The notes beneath the pieces were generated by a model, which was not told the origin of the DNA, ran no database searches, and was given only the letters and a program-made list of their open reading frames with translations. A DNA stretch of 64,000 nt from Candidatus Omnitrophota bacterium (lineage in GTDB: Bacteria; Omnitrophota; Gorgyraeia; Zapsychrales; Zapsychraceae), in contig JACRHP010000009.1 of assembly GCA_016212005.1 (NCBI GenBank), forward strand, positions 6,560 to 70,559, written 5' to 3'. The position numbers and the translations under genes were made by a program. Positions 10,077 through 20,241 of this stretch are shown here, piece by piece (the stretch's first letter is position 1; every line of letters starts with the position of its first letter).

Positions 10077-11608
10077 GTCAGGACCAGGACAGGGTTTTTA
10101 TTTTTGATACAACGCTGCGCGACGGCGAGCAGGCGCCCGGTGCGAGCATGAACGAGCGCGAAAAGCTGGAGATCGCCCACGCGCTGGAGCGCTTGGGCGT
10201 TGATATCATCGAGGCCGGATTTCCGGTCATTTCCAAGGGCGACTTTGATTCGGTCAAATCTGTTGCGAAACATATCAAAGGTTCGATCGTCTGCGGCCTG
10301 GCCCGTTCTTTGGAAGCCGATATCGACGCGGCGGCGGATGCGTTAAAGGCCGCGGCCCGCTCGCGCATCCATGTCTTTCTGGCAACGTCCCGGATCCATA
10401 TGCAGCACAAGCTGAAGAAAACCCAGGACGAGATCCTGCAGATGGCCGTTGATGCCGTTAGATATGCCCGCCACAAGACCGCGGATGTGGAATTTTCTCC
10501 CGAAGACGCGTCGCGCTCCGAAAAATTGTTTTTGTATCGCATTCTGGAGGCGGTCATTGATGCCGGGGCCACAACCGTCAATATCCCGGATACGGTCGGC
10601 TACGCGACCCCGGCCGAATATGGACAACTGATCGCGGATATTAAAAATAACGTCCCCAATATCGGCAAGGCGATCATTTCCGTCCATTGTCATGATGATC
10701 TGGGGTTGGCTGTCGCCAACTCCTTGTCGGCGGTGCGTAACGGCGCCCGGCAGGTCGAATGCACCATCAACGGCATCGGCGAGCGGGCGGGCAACGCGTC
10801 CATGGAAGAGATCGTGATGGCTTTAAAGACGCGTTCCGATATCTACGGTTGTGTCACTAATATCAATACACCGGAAATTTGCCGGGTTTCGCGGCTGGTC
10901 AGTAAGTATACCGGGTTTACGGTCCCACCCAACAAGGCGATCGTCGGTAACAACGCTTTTCGCCATGAAGCCGGCATCCATCAGGACGGCATCCTGAAGG
11001 AGCGTTCCACCTATGAGATCATGCGTCCGGAAGACGTCGGATTCGTGGGAACGGGATTGGTCTTGGGTAAACATTCCGGCCGGCACGCCTTTCGCGTGCG
11101 GCTGAAACATCTGGGCATTGATCTGACGGACACGCAGGCAGAGCAGGCGTTCGAGCGCTTCAAACGCGTTGCCGACAAGAAAAAACAGATCTTCGATGAA
11201 GATCTGGTCGCCATCGTTGAGGATGAGATCAAGGCCGTGGAAAAGACCTGGAGCCTGGTCAGCCTGGCCACCAAAAGCGGGACCAACATCAAAACGGAAG
11301 TGACGATCGTCTTGAGATCAAAGACGAAAACGTATAAAAAAAGTTCTTCCGGCGATGGGCCCGTCGATGCCTGTTACAAAGCGATCGATGCCGTCACCAA
11401 GGTCAAGGGGAAGCTGCTGGATTATTCGATCCATTCCGTCACGCAGGGCAAGGACGCTTTGGGTGAAGTAACGATCAAGGTTAAATTCAGGGACAAAAGT
11501 GTCATCGCGCATGGGGCCAGCACCGATATCCTGGAAGCCTCCGCCAAGGCCTATATCAACGCCCTCAATAAAGTCGTCGCGCCAACAGCAAAATCCCCCG
11601 GAAAGTAA
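10073..11608 (+). CDS. leuA: 2-isopropylmalate synthase
   Basis: [29 protein letters not shown], and a LeuA dimerisation C-domain. Confidence 0.9.
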   Translation: MSQDQDRVFIFDTTLRDGEQAPGASMNEREKLEIAHALERLGVDIIEAGFPVISKGDFDSVKSVAKHIKGSIVCGLARSLEADIDAAADALKAAARSRIHVFLATSRIHMQHKLKKTQDEILQMAVDAVRYARHKTADVEFSPEDASRSEKLFLYRILEAVIDAGATTVNIPDTVGYATPAEYGQLIADIKNNVPNIGKAIISVHCHDDLGLAVANSLSAVRNGARQVECTINGIGERAGNASMEEIVMALKTRSDIYGCVTNINTPEICRVSRLVSKYTGFTVPPNKAIVGNNAFRHEAGIHQDGILKERSTYEIMRPEDVGFVGTGLVLGKHSGRHAFRVRLKHLGIDLTDTQAEQAFERFKRVADKKKQIFDEDLVAIVEDEIKAVEKTWSLVSLATKSGTNIKTEVTIVLRSKTKTYKKSSSGDGPVDACYKAIDAVTKVKGKLLDYSIHSVTQGKDALGEVTIKVKFRDKSVIAHGASTDILEASAKAYINALNKVVAPTAKSPGK

Positions 11609-11613
11609 TTCGC

Positions 11614-12492
11614 ATGGATGTTCAAAGTGCTGTCTACGGAATCATCGGTTATCCCGTAGCCCACAGTTTGTCGCCCTTGATGCACAATGCCGCCTTCAAA
11701 GAACTGGGCGTTGATGCCGTCTACAAACTTTTCCCGTTGAAAGAAAACGAACTTGATGGATTTTTCGCCCAGTTGCGCGAACCCTCAAGCCCCATCTTCG
11801 GGTTGAACGTTACGGTACCGTACAAGGAACGGGTCATTAAATATCTGGGCAATATCACGCCGTTGGCCCAGAAGATCATGGCGGTCAACACCATCGTTAT
11901 TACTAAGGAGCGCAAATTGATCGGATATAACACGGATGCGCCGGCGTTTCTGTCGCATTTGGTCGAATTGAAATTCAATACCCGGGATAAGAAAATCGCG
12001 ATCCTAGGTTCCGGAGGCGCGGCGCGGGCGATCCTGGCGATCTTGTGCATGATCCCGGAACGGCCGGATTCGATCAAAATATACAACCGTACTCCCGAAC
12101 GACTTGATATTCTGCTGGAAGATCTGCGCACGCGCATCGATATCAGCATTGTCGAACCCGTGAGGAGCATTGACGACCTGGATATTCCTGGTGCCGATCT
12201 TTTGATCAACACGACATCCGTAGGATTAAAACCCGGTGATCCCGGTCTGGTCGATGAAGAGTTGCTTCATCGAAAGTTGTTGGTGTACGATCTTGTTTAC
12301 AATCCGCCCCTGACACCGCTTTTGAAGATGGCCCAAAAGCGTGGGGCGCACGTAGCTAATGGGCTGAGCATGCTGTATTATCAAGGAGTGCTTGCCTTCC
12401 AGCACTGGGCGAACGTCCAGCTCGATGATGACGTCAAGCTCAAAATGCGCCAGGCATTGGAAAAAGGCGCGAGTCAATCCGTGAGGAAATAA
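11614..12492 (+). CDS. aroE: Shikimate dehydrogenase
   Basis: YGIIGYPVAHSLSPLMHNAAF. Confidence 0.88.
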   Translation: MDVQSAVYGIIGYPVAHSLSPLMHNAAFKELGVDAVYKLFPLKENELDGFFAQLREPSSPIFGLNVTVPYKERVIKYLGNITPLAQKIMAVNTIVITKERKLIGYNTDAPAFLSHLVELKFNTRDKKIAILGSGGAARAILAILCMIPERPDSIKIYNRTPERLDILLEDLRTRIDISIVEPVRSIDDLDIPGADLLINTTSVGLKPGDPGLVDEELLHRKLLVYDLVYNPPLTPLLKMAQKRGAHVANGLSMLYYQGVLAFQHWANVQLDDDVKLKMRQALEKGASQSVRK

Positions 12493-12493
12493 T

Positions 12494-13297
12494 ATGAACA
12501 TTTTTATGTTTATTTTGGGCGCGATCGTGGGAAGTTTTTTGAACGTGTGCATCGTGCGCATGCCGCATGAGAAATCCGTCGTCAAGCCGCGGTCGCATTG
12601 CGTCCACTGCAGAAAACAGCTTTTGTGGTATGACAACATTCCGTTTGTCAGTTATATTCTTCTCAAGGGTCGTTGCCGGTTTTGCGGGCAAAAAATTTCC
12701 CCGCGGTATTTTTTGGTCGAACTTATTACGGCGGTCACCTTTGTTGTGTTTTATCAGTATTTCGGTCTGACCGCGCTTTTGCCGGCCTATCTGACCATGG
12801 TCTGCGGGTTCATTGTGGCCACCTTTGTCGATTTTGAACACCGGATCATCCCCGATGAGATCAGTGTGGGAGGGATGGTAGCGGGGATATTATTTAGCGC
12901 GTTCGTCCCCCAATTACATGGAATAGATGCCGGCACCGGTCCCTTGATCTTGGCCCATTTAAAATCTTTAGGCTGGTCATTGGTTGGTGTTTTGGTCGGA
13001 GGTGGAGCCATTTACGCGATGGGACTCTTGGGAGATTTTTTGTTTAAGAAGGAATCGATGGGAGGCGGGGACGTGAAGCTCATGGCGATGGTAGGGGCTT
13101 TCCTGGGATGGAAACTGGCTATTTTGACTTTTTTCCTGGCTCCGTTTTTTGGGGCTGTTTACGGGATCGTGGAAATGCTGCGCACAAAGAAAACGGCCAT
13201 TGCCTATGGGCCGTTTTTGGTGGCCGGCGCCCTGATCAGTCTCTTTAAAGGCGAAGCCTTGATAGAATGGATGATGCATGGATACGGGTTGTATTAA
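12494..13297 (+). CDS. Prepilin peptidase (A24 family, PilD-like with N-terminal zinc-binding cysteines)
   Basis: Two CxxC pairs (CVHCRK, CRFCGQ), multiple transmembrane helices, and an aspartate pair. Confidence 0.8.
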   Translation: MNIFMFILGAIVGSFLNVCIVRMPHEKSVVKPRSHCVHCRKQLLWYDNIPFVSYILLKGRCRFCGQKISPRYFLVELITAVTFVVFYQYFGLTALLPAYLTMVCGFIVATFVDFEHRIIPDEISVGGMVAGILFSAFVPQLHGIDAGTGPLILAHLKSLGWSLVGVLVGGGAIYAMGLLGDFLFKKESMGGGDVKLMAMVGAFLGWKLAILTFFLAPFFGAVYGIVEMLRTKKTAIAYGPFLVAGALISLFKGEALIEWMMHGYGLY

Positions 13298-13309
13298 TTG
13301 ACTCCTAAA

Positions 13310-13338
13310 TTGACAGGGTTGGGGGCGCATGTTACAAT
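13310..13338 (+). promoter_or_regulatory. Candidate sigma70 promoter TTGACA-N17-TACAAT, 7 nt upstream of the aroK ATG (possible leaderless transcript)
   Basis: Hexamers read directly from the sequence. Confidence 0.35.
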
Positions 13339-13344
13339 TCCCCC

Positions 13345-13857
13345 ATGTCCAAAAAGAATATCGCGCTCATTGGGTTCATGGGTTCTGGTAAGTCTGTGGT
13401 ATCCAAGAAGTTAGCTGCTATTTTAAAACGGGAAGCAATTTCAACGGATGACTGGATCGAGCGGCGCGAAGGCCGGTCGATCAACCGGATATTTGAGGAA
13501 TCCGGCGAGCCGTATTTCCGGGAACAGGAAACCCAGGCGGTGCGGGAAGTTGCCGGAAAAGAGCCGGTCGTTATCGACTGCGGCGGCGGTGTTGTCCTGA
13601 ACCCGCAAAATATCAAAGAACTACGAAAAAAAAGCATTATCGTCTTTTTGGCTGCCTCCCCCAAAACCGTTTACCAGCGCATTAAAGACAAAGAGGACAG
13701 ACCGTTATTAAAAACGGCCGATCCGCAAACGAGGATCCGTCAGCTGATGGACCAGCGTCAATCTTTTTACGCGCAAGCCGATTATACAGTCGTGACGGAC
13801 AAAAAAACAGTGCAGCAGGTTTGTGAGGAGATTCTTCATTTACTAGCCCATGAATGA
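13345..13857 (+). CDS. aroK: Shikimate kinase
   Basis: IALIGFMGSGKS Walker A motif. Confidence 0.88.
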   Translation: MSKKNIALIGFMGSGKSVVSKKLAAILKREAISTDDWIERREGRSINRIFEESGEPYFREQETQAVREVAGKEPVVIDCGGGVVLNPQNIKELRKKSIIVFLAASPKTVYQRIKDKEDRPLLKTADPQTRIRQLMDQRQSFYAQADYTVVTDKKTVQQVCEEILHLLAHE

Positions 13858-14956
13858 ACTGGACGCTTTATTAATTCTGAACGCCATCCCCGGGATGGGT
13901 AATGCGACCATCCGCAAGCTCCTGGAATATTACGGCGGCGCTTTAAAAGTTTTGTCGTTGTCTGAAGGACAGCTGACCGCCGACCAGGCCGTATCTCCCG
14001 GGCTTGCCGCGGCGATTGTTCAATTCCCCAAAGATGAGTTTTTGCGCTGCGAAAAGGCGTTTGTTACGCGCCAGGATATCCGCGTCCTGACATTCCAGGA
14101 CAAGGAGTATCCTTCCCGGTTGCGCGATATCGCCGACGCGCCGGTCGTCATCTATGTCCGCGGACAACTGGTCAGCGACAGCTCACCGGCGATTGCCGTT
14201 GTCGGTTCCCGGCGGGCCAGTTTGTACGGGATGGGAGTTGCGGAACAATTTGCCGGACGTCTTGCGGAACTGGGGATTACCGTTGTTTCGGGCATGGCCA
14301 AAGGGATCGACGCGGCCGCCCACCGCGGCGCCTTGCGCGCCGGCGGGGCCACGGTCGCGGTCCTCGGCTGCGGGCTGAACACGATTTATCCGCCGGAAAA
14401 TGAAAAACTTTTCGCGGAAATCACCGCCGGCGGAGCCGTCGTCTCGGAATTTCCCATGACCATGCCGCCCATCGCGCATAATTTCCCCCGGCGCAACCGT
14501 ATTATCAGCGGGCTGTCGCTGGGCGTCATTGTGGTTGAGGCCGCCCAGAAAAGCGGGGCCCTGATCACCGCGGACTTTGCCCTGGAACAAGGGCGGGAGG
14601 TTTACGCGGTGCCGGGAAACGTCAACAGCGCGACCTCCCAGGGAGTCCATAATCTTATCAAGCAAGGGGCGAAACTGGTAACTTCCGTGGAGGATATCCT
14701 GGAAGACCTGAGCCCGCATCTGCGGGGCGCCACGGACGAGACGCGCAAAGATGCGCCTGTAAAAGAAAGCAAAGATCTGACAGCGCTGACGCAGGCGGAA
14801 CGACTGGTTTATGATTCCATCAACGACCGGCCGGTCCATATCGATGATCTGGCCGACCGCTGCGGGACGGACGTCCTGCGCATGACAGTGGCGTTGTCCC
14901 GACTGGAATTAAAACATCTCATTAAACAATTACCAGGCAAATTATTCGTGAGGTAG
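13850..14956 (+). CDS. dprA: DNA processing protein DprA/Smf
   Basis: VVGSRRAS...GMAKGIDAAAHRGAL Rossmann region and a C-terminal wing domain. Confidence 0.88.
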   Translation: MNELDALLILNAIPGMGNATIRKLLEYYGGALKVLSLSEGQLTADQAVSPGLAAAIVQFPKDEFLRCEKAFVTRQDIRVLTFQDKEYPSRLRDIADAPVVIYVRGQLVSDSSPAIAVVGSRRASLYGMGVAEQFAGRLAELGITVVSGMAKGIDAAAHRGALRAGGATVAVLGCGLNTIYPPENEKLFAEITAGGAVVSEFPMTMPPIAHNFPRRNRIISGLSLGVIVVEAAQKSGALITADFALEQGREVYAVPGNVNSATSQGVHNLIKQGAKLVTSVEDILEDLSPHLRGATDETRKDAPVKESKDLTALTQAERLVYDSINDRPVHIDDLADRCGTDVLRMTVALSRLELKHLIKQLPGKLFVR

Positions 14957-14963
14957 GTTGAGC

Positions 14964-16931
14964 ATGGTTAAAGCGATCGTTATCGTCGAATCTCCGGCAA
15001 AGGTCAAGACTATCAACAAATTTTTGGGGGAAAAATTCAAAGTACTTTCCTCCATGGGGCACCTGATCGATTTGCCCAAATCCACGCTTGGCGTCGATAT
15101 CGAGAACAATTTCCAGCCGAAATTCATCGTTTTGCGGGATAAATCCAAACTGTTGACCAAGTTGAAAAAAGAGATCGGCAACGCCAAGGAGATCTATTTC
15201 GCCACCGACCCGGACCGGGAAGGAGAGGCGATCGGCTGGAATCTCATTGAACATATCGGCGATGGCAAAAAAGTTTACCGTGTTACGTTCCAGGAGATCA
15301 CGAAAGAAGCAGTCCTGGAGGCCTTCAAACATCCCCGTGAGTTCGACCGCAAGAAGATCGACGCGCAGGTGGCCCGCCGCATTCTCGATCGCATCGTCGG
15401 CTACAAGATCAGTCCTTTGTTATGGAAAAAAGTGGGATCCCGCATGAGCGCCGGGCGTGTCCAATCGGTGGCGTTGCGGATCATTGTCGAGCGGGAACGC
15501 GAGATCAAAAGTTTTGTTCCCCAGGAATACTGGCAGATCAGTGTTGACCTCCAAAAACAGGGATATACCGATTTGCTGAATGCTTCGCTGGAGAAAATCA
15601 ATGGTGAAAAGGCCGAATTGGCGAATAAGGCGCAGACGGACAAGATATTAGCAGAGATCAAAGACGAAAAATTCGTGATTTCCGCTATTTCAGAACGTGA
15701 AGTCCAGCGCCGGCCTGGCCCGCCGCTGATTACCAGCACGTTGCAACAGGAAGCGTTCAATAAGTTGCGTTTTAACGCCAACCGTACCATGCTCATCGCC
15801 CAGCAATTGTATGAAGGGATCGAGCTGGGAAACGGTGAAGTCCTTGGTCTTATCACCTACATGCGCACCGATTCGGTGAACATTTCCGCGGACGCCATGT
15901 CCAAGTTACGGGATTTTATCAAAACGAGCTATGGCAACAAGTATTTGCCGGATGAACCAAATAAATATAAATCCAAAAAATCCGCCCAGGAAGCGCATGA
16001 AGCGATCCGGCCGACGGATGTTTTGCGCAAGCCTGAAGATATCCAGAAATTCCTCGATCCCCACCAATACAAGCTTTACGAATTGATCTGGCGGCGGTAC
16101 GTCAGCGCGCAGATGACCGCGGCGGTTTACGAGCAAAAACGCGTCGAGGTCCAATCGGGTAAATATCAGTGGAACGCTTCCGGGTCGACGCTTCTTTTTG
16201 ACGGGTTCCTCACCTTGATTCGTGATGAGCAGGAAGAGGAAACAAAGATCGATTTTTCGCATTACGTCCAAGGGGATGTTCTTAAGCTGATCGAAGTGCA
16301 TCCCACCCAGCATTTCACCAAACCACCGCCGCGTTTTTCGGACGCGAGCCTTGTCAAGGCGCTGGAAGAGGACGGCATCGGCCGGCCAAGCACGTATGCT
16401 GCTACCGTCGAAACTCTTGTGTACCGCAATTACGTTACCCGCGAACGCGGTTATTTGACACCGACGGAATTGGGCATATCGATCTGCGACCTCCTCGTGG
16501 GATATTTTTCGAAAATCATGGATGTCGGATTTACCGCGCAGATGGAAGAAAAGCTGGACCTGGTCGAGGAAGGGAATCTTGAGTATCCCAAACTGCTCGC
16601 GGAATTTTATAAACCGTTCCAGGAAGAACTCGTTTTTGCTGAAAGCAACATCGTCAAGCAGCACGAGTTTGTCGACAAATATTGTCCGCAATGCGGTAAG
16701 CAGATGCAGGTCAAATGGGGCCGCCGGGGGAAATTTTTGAGCTGCTCGGGGTTCCCGGAATGCAAATTCGCCCAGCCGTTTTCCACCGGTGTCAAATGTC
16801 CGCTGGAAAATTGCGGCGGGGAGCTCATCAAGCGTCAGTCCAGGCGCGGCGCTTTCTACGGCTGCAGTCATTATCCCAAGTGCACGTATGTGAGCAGAGA
16901 ATTGCCGGGTGAGGGCGACAAGGCGGCGTAA
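14964..16931 (+). CDS. topA: DNA topoisomerase I
   Basis: TOPRIM domain (VESPAKVKTINKFLG), and C-terminal C4 zinc ribbons. Confidence 0.9.
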   Translation: MVKAIVIVESPAKVKTINKFLGEKFKVLSSMGHLIDLPKSTLGVDIENNFQPKFIVLRDKSKLLTKLKKEIGNAKEIYFATDPDREGEAIGWNLIEHIGDGKKVYRVTFQEITKEAVLEAFKHPREFDRKKIDAQVARRILDRIVGYKISPLLWKKVGSRMSAGRVQSVALRIIVEREREIKSFVPQEYWQISVDLQKQGYTDLLNASLEKINGEKAELANKAQTDKILAEIKDEKFVISAISEREVQRRPGPPLITSTLQQEAFNKLRFNANRTMLIAQQLYEGIELGNGEVLGLITYMRTDSVNISADAMSKLRDFIKTSYGNKYLPDEPNKYKSKKSAQEAHEAIRPTDVLRKPEDIQKFLDPHQYKLYELIWRRYVSAQMTAAVYEQKRVEVQSGKYQWNASGSTLLFDGFLTLIRDEQEEETKIDFSHYVQGDVLKLIEVHPTQHFTKPPPRFSDASLVKALEEDGIGRPSTYAATVETLVYRNYVTRERGYLTPTELGISICDLLVGYFSKIMDVGFTAQMEEKLDLVEEGNLEYPKLLAEFYKPFQEELVFAESNIVKQHEFVDKYCPQCGKQMQVKWGRRGKFLSCSGFPECKFAQPFSTGVKCPLENCGGELIKRQSRRGAFYGCSHYPKCTYVSRELPGEGDKAA

Positions 16932-16974
16932 CCGGCCGGCGTTCATGGCAGGGCACATCCAATAACCGGTATAT

Positions 16975-17835
16975 ATGGACCGTTATATCGACAAATTCCT
17001 TACCTACCTCGAAGTTGAAAAAAATTATTCCGGGCATACCATCATCAACTACGGGATTGACCTGCGCGAGTTCGCCCGGTTCGCCGCCTCGACCTCGCTT
17101 GAGAAGATCGATTATTTGTTCCTGCGCCGTTTCCTCGCGCATATCCGTACCAAACAATACCTGCCCAGGACGCTGACCCGCAAACTTTCCGCCCTGCGCA
17201 GTTTTTTCAAATTTCTCCACAGGGAGGGACACATCCGCAGCAACCCGGCGGTCCTTTTGATGTCCCCCAAACGCGAAAAACGTTTGCCAAAATTTTTGAC
17301 GGAAGAAGAAGTGACAAAATTTCTGGAGATCCCCCGGGGCGACAACCTCATGGGCAAACGCGACCGGGCGATCCTGGAAACGCTTTACAGCGCCGGTATC
17401 CGCGTCAGCGAGCTCGTTGGACTTAATGTCGAGCACGTCGATTTGATCGGCAATATCGCCAAGGTGTCCGGCAAAGGGAAAAAAGAGCGGCTTGTCCCCC
17501 TGGGGAGCAAGGCGGTCGAGGCGATCAAAGATTATCTGGATAACCGCAAAAAGGATTCTAACACGCTTTTTCTTAATAAAAACGGCACACGGTTATCCTC
17601 GCGCAGTGTAGGCACGATCGTCCATAAATATATCAAGCTGGTCAGCGCGACACAGGATATCTCCCCGCACGTTTTGCGGCACACTTTTGCCACGCACCTG
17701 TTAAACCGCGGGGCGGACCTGCGTTCAGTCCAGGAGTTGCTCGGCCACGTCAACCTTTCCACCACCCAGATCTACACGCATGTCACGACCGACCGCTTGA
17801 AGAAAGTGTATGACCAGGCCCATCCCAGGGCCTAG
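16975..17835 (+). CDS. xerC: Tyrosine recombinase XerC/XerD family
   Basis: Phage-integrase catalytic R...HxxR...Y (LRHTFATHLL, TQIYTHV). Confidence 0.85.
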   Translation: MDRYIDKFLTYLEVEKNYSGHTIINYGIDLREFARFAASTSLEKIDYLFLRRFLAHIRTKQYLPRTLTRKLSALRSFFKFLHREGHIRSNPAVLLMSPKREKRLPKFLTEEEVTKFLEIPRGDNLMGKRDRAILETLYSAGIRVSELVGLNVEHVDLIGNIAKVSGKGKKERLVPLGSKAVEAIKDYLDNRKKDSNTLFLNKNGTRLSSRSVGTIVHKYIKLVSATQDISPHVLRHTFATHLLNRGADLRSVQELLGHVNLSTTQIYTHVTTDRLKKVYDQAHPRA

Positions 17836-17905
17836 CCCTTCGACAAGCTTGCCGAAGGGCTCAGGGCGGGTGGTGAGCCTGTCGAACCACTAGCAGGAGA
17901 TAGCC

Positions 17906-19165
17906 GTGTTTATCGTTTATGACATCATTTTTAGCGTTCTGGTGTTGCTGTATTTGCCTTATCTTGTCTGCAATGGAAAATGGCATGGCGAGTTCTGGAC
18001 GCGGCTGGGATTGCGGCCGTTGCCCGTTCCCGCGGCCGAAGAGAAAAAAACAATCTGGGTCCACGCGGTCAGCGTCGGCGAAATATTGGCCGTTGTCCCG
18101 CTTGTCCAGGGGTTGCGCGAACGGTTCCCGGGACATGGGCTTGTTGTTTCCACCGTTACCCGGACAGGATACGCTCTGGCCAGGGAGAAATTGCAGATGA
18201 CAGGCACTGTCATTTACGCGCCGGTCGATTTCAGCTGGGCCGTCCGCCGTTATGTCAAGACGCTTAAACCCGTTCTTTATATTTCTGCGGAAACGGAAAT
18301 ATGGCCGAATCTGTACACGTTTTTGCATCGGAGCCGTGTCCTTGTTATCCAGGTCAACGGCCGCATATCGGACCGGGCATTCGCCGGATACAAAAAGGTC
18401 GGTTTTCTGACGCGCCGGGTGCTGGCCTGCGTGTCCGGCTTTTACATGCAAACCGAAGAAGATGCCGGAAGGATTGTCCTGCTGGGGGCGTCCCCGCAAC
18501 GCGTGCGCGTTGTTGGAAATTTGAAATTCGATCAGGCCCAAAGGGAGACATCGTTGAACAAAAAACAACTGGGCTTTGACGACACTGTCCAGTTGCTGGT
18601 TGCCGGGAGCACTTACCCGGGAGAAGAAGAGATCGTCCTTGCGGCATTCCAACAGTTGTCCGGAGAATTCCCGGCGTTGCGCCTGGTTCTCGCTCCGCGC
18701 CACGTGGAAAGGGCCGAAGAAATCGTCCGTCTTGTTCAAAACAAGGGGTTCCAGCCGCGGCGGTTTTCCAGCTTGCCGCAAGACAAGGAGGCCGGCCGCA
18801 CTATTTTGATCGTTGATCGTTTTGGGTACCTGCGCGATATTTACAGTTTGGCCGATTGTGTTTTTATCGGGAAATCTTTGCGCGGCCGCGGCGGGCAGAA
18901 TATGATCGAGCCGTTGTCCTTCGGCAAGCCGACTTTTGTCGGTCCGCATACGGAAAACTTTCGTGATGTTGTGCGGATCTTTGAGAAGACCGGCGCGCTT
19001 ATCCGGGTGGAGGATGGGCCCGGACTGATTGCGCAGGTCCGGCGGGTACTGGCCGATCCGCCGCGATTACCGGTCATTGCTGCCGCCGCTATCGAGGAGA
19101 GCAGGAAACATCAGGGCGCGACGCAAAGGACTTTGGAAATCATTGGAGATATTTTGAAACCATGA
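17906..19165 (+). CDS. waaA: 3-deoxy-D-manno-octulosonic acid (Kdo) transferase
   Basis: IWVHAVSVGE motif; GT30 family. Start is GTG. Confidence 0.85.
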   Translation: MFIVYDIIFSVLVLLYLPYLVCNGKWHGEFWTRLGLRPLPVPAAEEKKTIWVHAVSVGEILAVVPLVQGLRERFPGHGLVVSTVTRTGYALAREKLQMTGTVIYAPVDFSWAVRRYVKTLKPVLYISAETEIWPNLYTFLHRSRVLVIQVNGRISDRAFAGYKKVGFLTRRVLACVSGFYMQTEEDAGRIVLLGASPQRVRVVGNLKFDQAQRETSLNKKQLGFDDTVQLLVAGSTYPGEEEIVLAAFQQLSGEFPALRLVLAPRHVERAEEIVRLVQNKGFQPRRFSSLPQDKEAGRTILIVDRFGYLRDIYSLADCVFIGKSLRGRGGQNMIEPLSFGKPTFVGPHTENFRDVVRIFEKTGALIRVEDGPGLIAQVRRVLADPPRLPVIAAAAIEESRKHQGATQRTLEIIGDILKP

Positions 19166-20241
19166 GGCAGTTTTTTTACAATGTGGTAACGGACCGGGCG
19201 GACAGCATCGGGATAAAAATGCTTCAGGCCATTTTATTGCCGCTGTCGTATGTTTACCGGTCCGGCGTCCAGTTGACGGCCGCCTTGTATCGAAAGGGGA
19301 TCCTAAAACAATCTCATCTGCCCCGGCCGGTCATCAGTGTCGGGAATATTACGGCGGGAGGGACGGGGAAGACCCCTTTGGTCGCCAGGGTCGCCCAAAT
19401 TTGCCAGGGGTTCGGGATGAAGCCGGTCATTTTAACCCGTGGATATATGGGGCGGGGGATAGGAAGTGGCTGTGAGAAAAGCGACGAGGCGGCCATGCTG
19501 GGAAAAATACTGCCGGACGTCCCTGTTTTGCCCGGGGCCGACCGGATCAAAAGTGCCCAGGCATTTCTGGGAGGGGATCAGGCCGATATTTTTATCCTGG
19601 ACGACGGTTTTCAGCAATGGCGCCTGGCCCGGGACATGGACATCGTGGTCATCGACGCCACGGACCCGTGGGGAAACGGCAAAACTCTTCCCCGCGGAAT
19701 TTTGCGGGAACCGCTCGCCGCGCTGCGCAGGGCCGACTGGATCATCCTTACCAAGACAGATTCAAGCCGGGCGAGAACCGCGCACCTCCGCCAGCGTTTC
19801 AAAGAAATTGGATGTACGCAGCCCGTCCTGGAATCTGTCCACCAGCCGGTTTCTGTCGAGGATTTAGATTCGGGAGGAAATTATCCGCCTGAAATATTGG
19901 CCGGCCGCAAAGTTTGCGTTCTATGCGGATTGGGCGCGCCGGAGATCTTTAGTGAGACCTTGACGCGTCTGGGGGCGGAAATTTCCCGCGCATTTAACTT
20001 TACCGATCATCACGTCTATAGTAAAACGGATATTACGTCGATCGCGCAGTATTGCAAAGCGAACCATGTCAGGGCCGTTATTACCACACAAAAAGACGCC
20101 GTTAAACTGACCGGTTGGCGTGAAGAGTTACGCGAAGGCGTGGACGTTCAGCTCTTCGCGCTTAATATCGAACTTGTCCTGGCTAATGGAAAAGAAAAAA
20201 ATGCCTTCGTTCAGCGAATCGCTGATTTTTCACAGCGTTAA
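19162..20241 (+). CDS. lpxK: Tetraacyldisaccharide 4'-kinase
   Basis: VISVGNITAGGTGKTP. Confidence 0.88.
   Translation: MRQFFYNVVTDRADSIGIKMLQAILLPLSYVYRSGVQLTAALYRKGILKQSHLPRPVISVGNITAGGTGKTPLVARVAQICQGFGMKPVILTRGYMGRGIGSGCEKSDEAAMLGKILPDVPVLPGADRIKSAQAFLGGDQADIFILDDGFQQWRLARDMDIVVIDATDPWGNGKTLPRGILREPLAALRRADWIILTKTDSSRARTAHLRQRFKEIGCTQPVLESVHQPVSVEDLDSGGNYPPEILAGRKVCVLCGLGAPEIFSETLTRLGAEISRAFNFTDHHVYSKTDITSIAQYCKANHVRAVITTQKDAVKLTGWREELREGVDVQLFALNIELVLANGKEKNAFVQRIADFSQR

Noticed and set aside
10078-10581. 167-aa minus-strand ORF
   Set aside because: It is antisense to leuA.
15906-16958. 350-aa minus-strand ORF
   Set aside because: It is antisense to topA, with no motifs; antisense ORFs are typical in GC-rich coding sequence.
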